IMG/VR virus record: IMGVR_UViG_3300030390_000715
Location: 64,001-128,000 of that record
Origin: a virus
DNA length: 64,000 nt
Direction: 5' to 3' (one strand)
The translations under genes were made by a program, and so were the position numbers. A model generated the notes under the pieces. That model was not told the origin of the DNA and made no database searches. It saw only the letters and a program-made list of their open reading frames with translations. Position 1 is the stretch's first letter. Each line of letters opens with the position of its first letter. Of the stretch, positions 8,723 to 19,155 are shown in pieces.

Positions 8723-9226
8723 ATGACAATTAAAAAAGATGCTAAAATTGAAGCGAAGATTCGCGACCGATTTTGTTCGGAAGTCAAAGACGAGTGGTTA
8801 TATAACCGCAATGCAGTAGTCGAAGGTCGTCTATGCAAGGAAGCTTGTGAAGAGATCGAAAGATTGCGCAAAATTGAGAGTAAGTTTAGTGAACTACAAC
8901 ATAGCATCTGGAAGGCAGATAAGGGTATGATAGACTCGGTGATCAGAGATTTAGGTCAAGTCGAAGTTAATTTTCCGAGTGTAGCACTCGATTTTGAATC
9001 GATTATGCCCTCAAAACCAATGAATAGTTTTCCTACTAAGATGGGACCCGAACTAACCGCCTTATCAGAGTTGTATAAAGTTGTTGCTGTAGAGACAGAA
9101 GAAAGAGCCCGGACTGCCGTGACGAACTACGAGGCGAAAACAGAAGAATCGCGTGAAGCTCTAATTAATACACTGAAACGATTCAAAGAGGCTTTAAAAG
9201 AAGCTGGTGTACGGTACCCGTTTTAA
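8723..9226 (+). CDS. Hypothetical protein (coiled-coil rich)
   Basis: AAGGA RBS; long ORF. Confidence 0.6.
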   Translation: MTIKKDAKIEAKIRDRFCSEVKDEWLYNRNAVVEGRLCKEACEEIERLRKIESKFSELQHSIWKADKGMIDSVIRDLGQVEVNFPSVALDFESIMPSKPMNSFPTKMGPELTALSELYKVVAVETEERARTAVTNYEAKTEESREALINTLKRFKEALKEAGVRYPF

Positions 9227-9249
9227 ACTCACAGTAAGGATATTATATT

Positions 9250-9471
9250 ATGAAAGAAACAGGAACGTGGGTTACTCGCTCATATCAAGATGTTAAAATG
9301 CATAAAAGCGAAGATGTGACATACCATTGCAATGAGAAAGAATTCGCCAATTTAGCCGCCGCGCGACTTTATATGAATAAGAAGAACATTATGTATGGTT
9401 ATGTGAAACACACTATCGAAGAACGGACTGTATCACATATAGAAATATGTTCAAGTCGGTACGTGAGTTAG
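9250..9471 (+). CDS. Hypothetical protein
   Basis: Same AAGGATATTATATTATG leader as the previous gene. Confidence 0.55.
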   Translation: MKETGTWVTRSYQDVKMHKSEDVTYHCNEKEFANLAAARLYMNKKNIMYGYVKHTIEERTVSHIEICSSRYVS

Positions 9472-9485
9472 ATTATATATAGTGT

Positions 9486-10358
9486 ATGCCTTTAAAAGAA
9501 TACATTGAACCATGGAAAAAGTTACCTTTCCTTTTTACTGACACTAATGTCGTAGATTGGAAAGGTACCATTGGCATGGGAGATATTCTTTTCGGGCTAA
9601 ATGCTGTTCATATGCTAACACACTTGGCTAGAAAAGAACGAGATATAGAATTCACTACGATGAATGTCCACTGGGTTCATGGACCAGACCACCTTCACCA
9701 CTTCGAAGACCCCGAAACTATTATAGAGCGAACTGAATACCTTCACTCGTTTTATCATGATCATACCGCAGTGCGTATTAATCACGTATTCGACTCTGAT
9801 GATAAAGAACTTTCAAGACTGAGACATAGAGGATTGCAACGTAAGTCTGGCGCAAGAGATGTGCTTGACGGAGTTCCTTCGTGGATATTTCGTAGAGATT
9901 CCTGGAGAGATTCTAGTGATAGTAACAAGATTACTTTTTGGAGACCCTACGCACTAAATGCTGAGATACCGAAGGGATGGAAAAGGACATTCAGTCCCGC
10001 AGATTGGGAAAGAATGTTGTCTATTCTTAGAGATCAAGGCTATGATCTTGTTGAATTGTCATATAGAACACCTGTACGTGAGGCGATGTATCATATCAAT
10101 ACTTCTAGGTTTTGCATATTCTATGATGGTATGTGGCAGTATATAGCACGAAATTTGTGCAAGCCTGTTATTGCATTAGGTGATAACGGCATTATTAACG
10201 TACATAATCCACAGGGGGTGAACTTTAAGTTTCCCACTACAGATAAACGAGGCGAATCTATATTCACCTATCTAACTGATTTACCGAGAACACAGAAGCA
10301 CATGGATGGTCGAGCAAAGAAGTATCGAGATTTTATCACGAACGAGTTGAATTTGTGA
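9486..10358 (+). CDS. GT-B fold glycosyltransferase-like protein (GT9/heptosyltransferase-like)
   Basis: N-terminal GMGDIL and C-terminal YDGMWQYIARNLCKPVIALG resemble the GT9 xGD and DSG..H.A..L.KP motifs. Confidence 0.55.
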   Translation: MPLKEYIEPWKKLPFLFTDTNVVDWKGTIGMGDILFGLNAVHMLTHLARKERDIEFTTMNVHWVHGPDHLHHFEDPETIIERTEYLHSFYHDHTAVRINHVFDSDDKELSRLRHRGLQRKSGARDVLDGVPSWIFRRDSWRDSSDSNKITFWRPYALNAEIPKGWKRTFSPADWERMLSILRDQGYDLVELSYRTPVREAMYHINTSRFCIFYDGMWQYIARNLCKPVIALGDNGIINVHNPQGVNFKFPTTDKRGESIFTYLTDLPRTQKHMDGRAKKYRDFITNELNL

Positions 10359-10400
10359 TAGGCTTAGCGTATACTACAGAATCCTATATAAGAGAATAAT

Positions 10401-11372
10401 ATGAAAATCGATAGAGCAGTAATAGAGATTGTCGGAGCTTGTAACTTCTCTTGTACGATGTGCCCGCAGGATAAGCGCAACGAACAGGGTGGTCGGCACA
10501 AAAACTTTCTCCGTAAAATGAACTTGCTTGAGTTTGAAAATTACGTTAGTGATTGCGCTAAACATGGTCTACGCGTAGTGAATCTCGACGGTTCGGGAGA
10601 AGCCACTGTTAACAGACAACTTCCTGAATACATTAAGATCGTCAAGAGATATGGCGCTGAGTGCGTGATCTTCTCAAACGGCTTTAAGATGCACGGCAAG
10701 TTTATGCAGGACTGCGTGGACGCTGGATTAGACTTCTTTAGATTTTCGTTTATAGGCTCTGATTCAGCCGAGTATGATAAGTGGATGTATAATACTAGAG
10801 GATCTAACTTCGATTTCATTAAAAAGAACATACGCGAGATGCGAGAATATGTTAAAACGTCTGGATCAAGCTGTACAGTCGCGACCTATCATCTAATCAC
10901 TGATAACGATAACATCGAAGTTCAGCTTGACAAATATAAGAAAATTGTTGAGGAACTAGATGTCAGGACTGAAATCTGGAAGATGCACAACTGGTCAGGC
11001 GTTTATGACATAGAGGATAATGCTAGAGAAGGTAAAACGAAAACCTGTGGTCGACCATTCTCACCTGATGTTGTGATAAGATCGGGTGGCTTAGACGGTA
11101 AAGTGGGAGCGGTAGCTCCTTGCTGTCAAGTATTAGGTCGTGACGAAGAGGCTGTTCTGGGTCATTGTTCAGAGAATACGATTGAAGAGATATGGGATGG
11201 ACCTGCATACACTGAGTTACGCGAACAACACACTTCAGGTAATTATCCAGACTATTGTAAATCGTGCGATTTCTTACTTGATGATCCAGAAGTTCTAGTG
11301 TACAGTAATCACGAAAGAGACTTACATAAAATGTATGGTACTGAATTCAACTTGGATGATTTTAGAGTATGA
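10401..11372 (+). CDS. Radical SAM protein with SPASM/Twitch domain
   Basis: CNFSCTMC; GSGEA; C-terminal CGRPF...PCC...CKSC. Confidence 0.9.
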   Translation: MKIDRAVIEIVGACNFSCTMCPQDKRNEQGGRHKNFLRKMNLLEFENYVSDCAKHGLRVVNLDGSGEATVNRQLPEYIKIVKRYGAECVIFSNGFKMHGKFMQDCVDAGLDFFRFSFIGSDSAEYDKWMYNTRGSNFDFIKKNIREMREYVKTSGSSCTVATYHLITDNDNIEVQLDKYKKIVEELDVRTEIWKMHNWSGVYDIEDNAREGKTKTCGRPFSPDVVIRSGGLDGKVGAVAPCCQVLGRDEEAVLGHCSENTIEEIWDGPAYTELREQHTSGNYPDYCKSCDFLLDDPEVLVYSNHERDLHKMYGTEFNLDDFRV

Positions 11373-11956
11373 GCAAACCCGATGTACACATGATTGCCAT
11401 GTCAGAAAATGCAATTTCTATGCACTATCGCGACTACGTGCTTCCTTCATGGAAAGACGCGGGATATAACGTAGTGGAATTTGAAGCTATTGTTCCTGAT
11501 GATCTGAGTAGTCTCGGGCGTATAATTCCTTTGGGTGATAAGACGCGAAGAAATAAAGTCGTGGGATTTACTGATACCGAAAAAGCAGTTTGGTACAGTC
11601 ACTATAGCACATGGATGCTATGTCGAAAACTCAATAAACCTATCATAGTTATTGAACATGATATATTGTTAGAACATAACGAAATAGACTCTGAGGTATT
11701 TAACTATGACATTGCATGTCTATCTCATGTCACGCGCAAGAATGGTGATCACGCAAAGTTAGCCGGTGGTGCGTACTACATTACTCCGAAAGGCGCAAAG
11801 AGGCTTTGCGCAATTAAAGATCATAGGGATTTGATCACTTATAACTCGGACGCTTGGATTCATAGTCAATGCGACAAATACGGTAAATGGTTTATGATGA
11901 CAACGATACAATATCAAGACCCTAAAATAGGTGTTACAGTGGAGCATTTAAAATGA
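11369..11956 (+). CDS. Glycosyltransferase family 25-like
   Basis: SHYSTW...IIVIEHD, AYYITPKGAKRL, D.W. Confidence 0.75.
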   Translation: MSKPDVHMIAMSENAISMHYRDYVLPSWKDAGYNVVEFEAIVPDDLSSLGRIIPLGDKTRRNKVVGFTDTEKAVWYSHYSTWMLCRKLNKPIIVIEHDILLEHNEIDSEVFNYDIACLSHVTRKNGDHAKLAGGAYYITPKGAKRLCAIKDHRDLITYNSDAWIHSQCDKYGKWFMMTTIQYQDPKIGVTVEHLK

Positions 11957-12777
11957 AGAAAATGATATACCAAGTATCTGTTGGTCCAAGATCGACACTC
12001 TATGATGCGTGTATTAAAAGCGTAGCCGCATATTGTGATCGCCATGGATTCGAACATGTTGTACAAACATCGCCTAAGCTAAGAATCGCACCTGACATAT
12101 TTGATACAATGAGAAGCCCTGAGTCATATGGCAAATACGGTGGATATTTACCCATCTATGAAAAGGAGAATGCATTTAACTATATCAATGACTTTGATCA
12201 GATAGCAATTATCGATGCGGACATATTCATTCGCGAAGATGCTCCGAGTGTGTTCGACGATTTGACACCAGGGTGTGCTTTTGGTGCAGTGATCGAGCGC
12301 GAGATGCCTCTGGTGCCCGCTTATCAAAATAAGATTATCAGTTATAGTCAGATGCAATATGCCACATTACATAACGAAACAGATTTTAAGCCTAATAAAT
12401 TGGGATATGAATTTGCAAACATGGGTATGATTGTGTTAGACTGTAAGCTGTTCAATGGCAATTATCTGAAGAATCGAAGTGCAAGAGAGTTCCTAGAAGC
12501 ACCTGAGTTCAAGCGATTCATCGATGGCATAGGTTGTTGGAAGTGGTCTACGGATCAAACATTACTAAATTTTTATATCAAGAAGAATAAAGTACCGTTC
12601 GCTAACATGTCTCATGTATGGAACGGGCTTTACACTGCTAACGCTAAGATCAGTGAATGTAATTTCATACACTTTTTCTTAAAAGATAAACTGCCTGATA
12701 GAGGTGAATCGCTATTTAATTCAGACTCTTCTCTTTCAGAAAACTATGTTGTTGTTGAGAGACTAATTAATGTCTAA
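11953..12777 (+). CDS. GT-A glycosyltransferase (GT8/GT34-like)
   Basis: IIDAD, ANMGMIV, DQTLLN, WN, FIHF. Confidence 0.75.
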   Translation: MKKMIYQVSVGPRSTLYDACIKSVAAYCDRHGFEHVVQTSPKLRIAPDIFDTMRSPESYGKYGGYLPIYEKENAFNYINDFDQIAIIDADIFIREDAPSVFDDLTPGCAFGAVIEREMPLVPAYQNKIISYSQMQYATLHNETDFKPNKLGYEFANMGMIVLDCKLFNGNYLKNRSAREFLEAPEFKRFIDGIGCWKWSTDQTLLNFYIKKNKVPFANMSHVWNGLYTANAKISECNFIHFFLKDKLPDRGESLFNSDSSLSENYVVVERLINV

Positions 12778-13891
12778 GTCGCAGGCTAAGTCATACGAAG
12801 AAAAGACGCAGAAGTATAGCACCTGGGGAGATAAACTCCTCCAGCATGCCGATCTCTTAGCTTCTATACAAGTCGAAGATAAGTTTAAGCCTGTCACGAT
12901 TCAGCTATCGTTGTGTGAAATGTGTGACAGTGATTGCCCATTCTGTTCGGTCGCGGCTAGACCTCTGAAGAGTTTCATACCTTGGGAGAAAGTTAAGAAG
13001 CTTCTACTTGATTTTAAATCATTAGGTGCTAAGAGTGTAGAGATAACAGGCGGTGGTAATCCATTACTGTATCGAGATAAAGCTGAGAAAAAGAATATCA
13101 ACGATGTGATCAGATTTGCTAGTGAAGAGTGTGGATTCGATATTGGTATTATTACGAACACTGCGAAGTTAGAACGACATTTATCTCCTGAAGTATATCC
13201 GTTTATCAATTGGCTTCGCATTAGCTTGATCAAGATAGACGAGGGTAAGAGTTGGGAACAATATGATTTCGGATCATTCCCTAGACATAAATTAGGATTC
13301 AGTTACATTATCTACGATAGCACAAACGGTATACCCGATGAATTGTCAAGAACTAATAAGGCTTATCTAGGAACTACAGTAGAAAGTATCGAAAGAATAG
13401 CCAGTTTGATAGAAGCTAATCCTGAAGTTAAGTTCTGTCGTATCGCAGGAAATTGCTTAATATCTTCGCACAACACTGAGATACGAGGTAAGTTCGGTAG
13501 TGTTATTGAAGCACTAGATAAACATAACAAGTTTTTTATCAAAGAGATATGGGACCAAGACAAAGCTTTCGGTGACGGTTGTTATGTCGGTCTTGTTCGC
13601 CCGTACGTAGCACCTCATCCACAAGGAGGTGAGTATCAAATTTATATTTGTACTAGTCACGTATTAGAGAATCGCATATATGATATGGATTATTCTCTTG
13701 GATCTATTGACAACGTGGTTGATATATGGTATAATGCTAATCAGCGATATGCAAAGACAGGAAATCCTTATGAGATACGCGGTAACTGTGGTGATGATTG
13801 GGATAAGTCTTGCGTTAAATGTTTTTATTACAACAACAACAAGCTACTGCACACCGTAGCACAACCTATGGAAGACCCGAACTTTCCTTAA
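12770..13891 (+). CDS. Radical SAM protein with C-terminal Cys (SPASM-like) domain
   Basis: CDSDCPFC, EITGGGNP, C-terminal CY...IC...C...CVKC. Confidence 0.88.
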   Translation: MSKSQAKSYEEKTQKYSTWGDKLLQHADLLASIQVEDKFKPVTIQLSLCEMCDSDCPFCSVAARPLKSFIPWEKVKKLLLDFKSLGAKSVEITGGGNPLLYRDKAEKKNINDVIRFASEECGFDIGIITNTAKLERHLSPEVYPFINWLRISLIKIDEGKSWEQYDFGSFPRHKLGFSYIIYDSTNGIPDELSRTNKAYLGTTVESIERIASLIEANPEVKFCRIAGNCLISSHNTEIRGKFGSVIEALDKHNKFFIKEIWDQDKAFGDGCYVGLVRPYVAPHPQGGEYQIYICTSHVLENRIYDMDYSLGSIDNVVDIWYNANQRYAKTGNPYEIRGNCGDDWDKSCVKCFYYNNNKLLHTVAQPMEDPNFP

Positions 13892-13893
13892 AT

Positions 13894-14022
13894 ATGAACA
13901 ATATAGTACACGTAGTTTTTATGTTATGGCTGTCGTTATCGATAGAAGCAGATGACGATTTATATGGAGCATTGCGATCACTGAAATTAGTGGAGCAATC
14001 AAAAAAGGTGATATTATTATGA
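13894..14022 (+). CDS. Tiny hydrophobic hypothetical protein
   Basis: 42-aa ORF filling the gap; ATGA overlap with the next gene. Confidence 0.4.
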   Translation: MNNIVHVVFMLWLSLSIEADDDLYGALRSLKLVEQSKKVILL

Positions 14023-14600
14023 GTGAATTTAGTGAAGATTATTACGCGTCAAATAACTATAGCGATTATATGCAACGAGGTGATCGCTATCTAAGAACAG
14101 CGGATGAAATTGTCCAACAACTAGAAACTCTTGGTCTTAATAAAGAAGGTCTGATCTGCGATTTCGGTTGTGCCGTAGGATTTCTTTCTGCTGGATTAAA
14201 ATCTGTTCAGAAAAACCCTGTTTACGGTGTTGATGTTTCAGAGTATGCGAGAGGAGTGTGCGAGAGAAAGGGCATTACCGCACTCAAAGAGATAACTGAC
14301 AGCCAACACTCGGTAGTATTTTCTCTTGATGTGTTCGAGCATCTATCTAGTTCCGAGCTTCATGATATGTTTTCTAAACTAAAAACAGAGTGTATTGTAT
14401 TTCGTATGCCTGTCGTGGTCAATTCAGGCGAAGATTATCCTCTCGCCGTCTCTCGCGCTGATCCTACCCACAAGATTAGATGGACAAAAGATGAATGGCG
14501 TAGTTTCTTTAAAGAATATGGCTTCATGTCTCTCGACTTAAACCTTCACACAATATATAACTCCGATGGAGTCTTCACAGGAATAGCGATTAAATTATGA
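14019..14600 (+). CDS. Class I SAM-dependent methyltransferase
   Basis: DFGCAVG, GVDVS, DVFEHL, DPTH. Confidence 0.85.
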   Translation: MSEFSEDYYASNNYSDYMQRGDRYLRTADEIVQQLETLGLNKEGLICDFGCAVGFLSAGLKSVQKNPVYGVDVSEYARGVCERKGITALKEITDSQHSVVFSLDVFEHLSSSELHDMFSKLKTECIVFRMPVVVNSGEDYPLAVSRADPTHKIRWTKDEWRSFFKEYGFMSLDLNLHTIYNSDGVFTGIAIKL

Positions 14601-15133
14601 AAAAAATAAAGGATGTAATGGACGATATGTTTTATGACAATAGAATTATTAGAACATTTATGAATAAGTTGCCTGTACCACCAAGATATGAGCATAAACA
14701 TAGACAACTCCAGATTCAGTTGGCTAGATTGGCACAAGATGAAGTTGACTCGTCAAAGGTACATAAAGCACTATTCGCTGAACATCGCCAGTTGACGTTT
14801 AAGTATGAAGCTGTTAAGAATTCTTATGAACAGAACGAATTCGATCTTATTAGTTTATATAAGATGATGTGGAAAAATCGAACCGGGGAGACTCCCAAAA
14901 CTATATCGTATGATCTATACAATAGACTAAAAGAACTTTATGTTATGAGCCCTAGATTGATTAAATACGAAATGCCAGTAATTGGAGTCGACCGTACAAC
15001 GATTCTAATTTCTTCTAAATTGACCCCTATTAAGTGGGATGAAATGCGAATGTTAATTTTTGGTGTGTCTCATGGTAAACTAGTTCTTCCGGACTTTAGT
15101 ATGGAATTGGTTGATGCGTATGACAACTCATAA
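14597..15133 (+). CDS. Hypothetical protein
   Basis: Translationally coupled ORF within the operon. Confidence 0.6.
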   Translation: MKKIKDVMDDMFYDNRIIRTFMNKLPVPPRYEHKHRQLQIQLARLAQDEVDSSKVHKALFAEHRQLTFKYEAVKNSYEQNEFDLISLYKMMWKNRTGETPKTISYDLYNRLKELYVMSPRLIKYEMPVIGVDRTTILISSKLTPIKWDEMRMLIFGVSHGKLVLPDFSMELVDAYDNS

Positions 15134-15671
15134 TTCATTTAGAGTAGAGCGAATCATTACCCCGCACGAAGTTAATATATTAAAAGATAATTTCAATAAA
15201 TTAACACCTCGACTCGCGCACCAAGATTACAACTTGTTTGATGTCGATAAGCGATTGATCGATGACTATAGCCATCCGATTCTTCGAAAGATAGATAGAC
15301 ATGTTGATCTTAAACCTATGTCACATTATTTCGTCAAGTATGGCGAAGAAGGATTCACTAGTCTACACACCGACGATGATGGTGTGGTTAAACTAACAGT
15401 AGTTACTTTGATCGAGGATACTGATCTAGTCGGGGGCGAAACTTTAGTCATTGATCGTTACATGAAATCAGCTAGACCGAAAAATAAGTATGCGAAACGT
15501 GGAAAGATGGTTAATGCACCGATTGGTCAAAGTAAGATACCTGTTATAGCTAAGATGAAAGTTGGCGAATCAGTCATATACGATAACAAAGTCACTCACG
15601 GTGTATGCCAAGTTGAAAGAGGATCACGCTTAGTTCTTGTAAGTTGGTATATGGCACACGATGAAATGTAA
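15120..15671 (+). CDS. 2OG-Fe(II) oxygenase
   Basis: LHTD...GGET...THGV...SRLVLVSW (HxD...H...R). Confidence 0.8.
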   Translation: MTTHNSFRVERIITPHEVNILKDNFNKLTPRLAHQDYNLFDVDKRLIDDYSHPILRKIDRHVDLKPMSHYFVKYGEEGFTSLHTDDDGVVKLTVVTLIEDTDLVGGETLVIDRYMKSARPKNKYAKRGKMVNAPIGQSKIPVIAKMKVGESVIYDNKVTHGVCQVERGSRLVLVSWYMAHDEM

Positions 15672-16347
15672 TATAATATATGTCGCAGGTCATCCTCTAT
15701 CTGAAAAATGTCGAAAATTAACTGAGAATAGTCTTAAACACCACAGATATGATTATGAATCTATAAAGGGTGTCACCCCCGATACGATTATCGCGAGTGA
15801 TTTTCCCTTTCCTAATCTTATACTAGGAAGATTGTACGACTTCTATATTACTGGTCAAGATAGGAAATATGTTGTCAAAAAGAGTTGTTTGTTTAACAAT
15901 CTCAAATTCGCGCAAAGAGTCATTGAAGCTGATGAACCTATGATATTTCTTGAGCATGATACGATAGCTGTATCGCGTCTGCCCGACTTTGACTTTGACG
16001 AGTTCTGTATGCTATCATATGACTATGCATTCAAAGCACCTACCGCATTAGCGAAGGCACCATATGATAGCTATAACTTATACAGTAAAAGAGGGGTTCA
16101 TGATTTTCCGAGCAATTATCCTTTACGATACTATAAGCCCACAAAGTATAAAGGTGAGATCATGACTCCGGGCACCGCAGCCTATGCGCTATCGCCTAAA
16201 GGTGCGAAGAAGTTATTACAAGCCGCTAAAAAAGGCATAGAGCAATCCGACTTTATTATTAATTCTGGTACACTGAGACTTCAGCATTTAAGTCCTAGCC
16301 CGTTTCGTTACCAAAGCGTGAATCCAAATTTATCACATATATTATAA
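15661..16347 (+). CDS. Glycosyltransferase family 25-like
   Basis: SCLFNN, IFLEHD, GTAAYALSPKGAKKLL. Confidence 0.75.
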   Translation: MKCNIIYVAGHPLSEKCRKLTENSLKHHRYDYESIKGVTPDTIIASDFPFPNLILGRLYDFYITGQDRKYVVKKSCLFNNLKFAQRVIEADEPMIFLEHDTIAVSRLPDFDFDEFCMLSYDYAFKAPTALAKAPYDSYNLYSKRGVHDFPSNYPLRYYKPTKYKGEIMTPGTAAYALSPKGAKKLLQAAKKGIEQSDFIINSGTLRLQHLSPSPFRYQSVNPNLSHIL

Positions 16348-16356
16348 GGCAATACA

Positions 16357-17076
16357 ATGACTGGAATTGAAGGATATGTAATTACGATAGATGGACATGA
16401 GCCGTCGGAGAGTGCTTACTCAAGATTAGTTTCGAGTTCTTCCCAGACTTTCGGAAACACGTTCACTCTCCGCAAGTTTTCAGCTATCACACCAAAAGAT
16501 GATGTGTACGCTATAATGGCTAAACATACTATTGGATGGAATTATCCGGATATGGGTCAGGGTAGTCATCTATGCTACGATACAGGATTACTTAAATCTC
16601 CGTATCAATCAGAGGTATTAGAGAAAAGAATAGCTTGTTTTCTATCTCACTACGAACTATGGTGCAAATGTTTTGATACACAGCAGGCTATGCTAATCTT
16701 CGAACATGATGCTATATTCACGAGAAAGCTCCAACTTGACGTTTTGCAACTTTCGCGTTATGATGTCATTGGACTAAATGATCCTCGAGGCGCGACACGA
16801 AGATCCGATATGTATCACAATGCATCCAAAAAGTATAACGGTGTCGGACCTGCACCAAGAATAGACGATATAAATGTGCCTCAAGGAATTGCGGGTAACT
16901 CTGCGTACTATATAAATCCAAAGGGTGCAAGAAGATTGATCTTAAATGTATCGGAATATGGTGCTTGGCCCAACGATGCGATAATGTGTAGACAGCTAAT
17001 GGGTGGTAAACTAGGTCAATTGCATCCTTATGTAACAAAAATTCAACAAGGAATAGTTTCGACTACGGTGTTATGA
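16357..17076 (+). CDS. Glycosyltransferase family 25-like
   Basis: ACFLSHYELW, IFEHDA, AYYINPKGARRL, PNDA. Confidence 0.8.
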   Translation: MTGIEGYVITIDGHEPSESAYSRLVSSSSQTFGNTFTLRKFSAITPKDDVYAIMAKHTIGWNYPDMGQGSHLCYDTGLLKSPYQSEVLEKRIACFLSHYELWCKCFDTQQAMLIFEHDAIFTRKLQLDVLQLSRYDVIGLNDPRGATRRSDMYHNASKKYNGVGPAPRIDDINVPQGIAGNSAYYINPKGARRLILNVSEYGAWPNDAIMCRQLMGGKLGQLHPYVTKIQQGIVSTTVL

Positions 17077-17717
17077 AATCATATGTAATCACGATAAAGG
17101 AATTACCTGAATCAGTTAAAGCCGCAGAGCGCATGATAGCCTCTGCTCCTGAGTATGACATTCAAATGTTCGATGCGATTGTACCATCAAACAATCCAAA
17201 GCAAATTCTTGCTAACAATAATATTCCTGTTGGCTGGTTTAAAGAAAAAGGTTCTTACATTGATAACTGCATAGCCGCTTTTCTTTCTCACTGGACACTC
17301 TGGCAAATGTGTGTACGAGATGGTGAAGAGTATCAGATTTTCGAACATGATGCTGTAGCAGTAGTGCCTATTCCTCGACATATAAATTATCAAGGATGTA
17401 TTAATCTAGGCGCACCAAGTTACGGTTCACAAAACCAATGTAGAATTCTTGGTGTTAATCCTCTAACAACTAAGCGGTATTTTCCTGGCGCACATGCATA
17501 TAGATTAAAGCCTCGTGCGGCTGAGTCGTTAGTAGAGATGGCATATGAATATGCACAACCAACTGACCTTTTTCTAAACTTATCCTTCTTCCCATGGCTC
17601 GAGGAGTTCTATCCTCATCCTGTAGAGGCTAAAGATACGTTCACGACTATACAGAAAGTTGATGGTTGTACTGCAAAGCATAATTATGGAGAATCATATG
17701 AAATCATCGAATTTTGA
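17073..17717 (+). CDS. Glycosyltransferase family 25-like
   Basis: AAFLSHWTLW, IFEHDA, GAHAYRLKP, PTDLFL. Confidence 0.8.
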   Translation: MKSYVITIKELPESVKAAERMIASAPEYDIQMFDAIVPSNNPKQILANNNIPVGWFKEKGSYIDNCIAAFLSHWTLWQMCVRDGEEYQIFEHDAVAVVPIPRHINYQGCINLGAPSYGSQNQCRILGVNPLTTKRYFPGAHAYRLKPRAAESLVEMAYEYAQPTDLFLNLSFFPWLEEFYPHPVEAKDTFTTIQKVDGCTAKHNYGESYEIIEF

Positions 17718-18378
17718 TAGATGTTTTATAACAGGATGCGATGCTAATACGGAGTGGATGCTTCCTTGGTTCTTAAAGCACTATCTAAAGCATAACGACA
17801 CCCCCATAGTTTTCGCTGATTTCGGTGTTAGTGATGCTACTCGTGCATGGATAATGCAGGTGAGTGAATTTTCTGATTACATTCCAATGGAGAAACAGCG
17901 AACAAACGGTTGGTTCTTAAAGCCTGCGGCTATGCTTAACTATCGAGTGACAGAATTGTGTTGGCTTGATACTGACATTCATGTTCTTGGTGATCTATCA
18001 GGCGTGTGGAATCATGTTGGTCATAACAAGTTGGGTATGGTTCAAGATCATCCGTGGTCATTACGAAGAAAAGAAACTTGGCATAACTCTGGTGTTGTTG
18101 CGATAAAGGGTAAGCCTGAGATACTTCGAAAATGGGCTATTGAATGTCAGAAAAACGAAAGAGAAGCGGCTCTTGGTATGGGTGATCAAGAAATACTTCA
18201 TGACATGATAGGAAATGACCCACTATCACGCCTCTCATTTATCGATGATATTCCAAACATATATAATTGGTTACGTATACAACTGATAGACGGGCAAGAC
18301 AATGCTAACAAACTAGCGATGCATTGGACTGGTGCTAAAGGTAATGATCAAATTAGGAAGATAATGTATAATGAGTAA
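17698..18378 (+). CDS. GT-A glycosyltransferase (GT8-like)
   Basis: WFLKP, WLDTD, HNSGV, GDQEIL, HWTG; GGAG RBS before ATG at 17698. Confidence 0.75.
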   Translation: MKSSNFDRCFITGCDANTEWMLPWFLKHYLKHNDTPIVFADFGVSDATRAWIMQVSEFSDYIPMEKQRTNGWFLKPAAMLNYRVTELCWLDTDIHVLGDLSGVWNHVGHNKLGMVQDHPWSLRRKETWHNSGVVAIKGKPEILRKWAIECQKNEREAALGMGDQEILHDMIGNDPLSRLSFIDDIPNIYNWLRIQLIDGQDNANKLAMHWTGAKGNDQIRKIMYNE

Positions 18379-19090
18379 GAAAGTATTCCATGTTTTAGGC
18401 AATGGTGATAAAGCGAGTTACTATCTTGAGGAAAATCGAGTAGGAACAAAACTTCTCTGTAATATGCCTCCATTCGAAATGCCGCCAGATGACGTTTACG
18501 GCACATGTATGGTCGATTTTAAAATGATGATGGCACTCACAGAAGGTTCTGTTAGACTTGATCAATATATGTGGATTCTAGGCACTCGTCCTCGCGAATG
18601 GATGTATCAACGATCTGACTTTCACATGAAGTATGCAACAAACATTAAAGAGTTCTATACTCACGTGCCTAAATATGCAGGCAACGCAACCAACTTTAAT
18701 TGCGGTCACATGGCAGTTCACTATGCCGCGAGTAAAGGTGCTGAAGAGATTAACATGTATGGATTCGATACCATATTCGATTTCAATATGAGAAGCGTAA
18801 CCGATCTAGTTTTATCGAGCGATAGAACACAGCAAAACAACTATAGATTGCTAAACAACTGGAGACCTGTTTGGCGTGATATCATGCGAGAGTTTCCTAA
18901 CACTAAGTTTATTCTACACCACAACCATGACGGCTTGAAGATCCCTTTGCTTGACAATGTAGAGGTAAAGGTGTATAATGATGCACTTAGCAACCCACAA
19001 CAAAGAGAGGACAAAAGTGATATATCTGATGGTCGCGGTATGGATCAACAAGCTATCGAACCCGGTGTTTCGATCAAAAGCACGAAATAA
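18371..19090 (+). CDS. Sialyltransferase/Maf(DUF115)-like fold protein
   Basis: VLGNG, LCN and NCGHMAVHYA..GAEEINMYGFD pattern. Confidence 0.55.
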   Translation: MSKKVFHVLGNGDKASYYLEENRVGTKLLCNMPPFEMPPDDVYGTCMVDFKMMMALTEGSVRLDQYMWILGTRPREWMYQRSDFHMKYATNIKEFYTHVPKYAGNATNFNCGHMAVHYAASKGAEEINMYGFDTIFDFNMRSVTDLVLSSDRTQQNNYRLLNNWRPVWRDIMREFPNTKFILHHNHDGLKIPLLDNVEVKVYNDALSNPQQREDKSDISDGRGMDQQAIEPGVSIKSTK

Positions 19091-19094
19091 ACTA

Positions 19095-19123
19095 TTGCGT
19101 TTTTCTCGCGTTTGTGTTATAAT
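19095..19123 (+). promoter_or_regulatory. sigma70-type promoter
   Basis: TTGCGT-17-TATAAT with extended TG. Confidence 0.65.
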
Positions 19124-19155
19124 GGCTATATGCTAATAAACTATGGAAATATATT

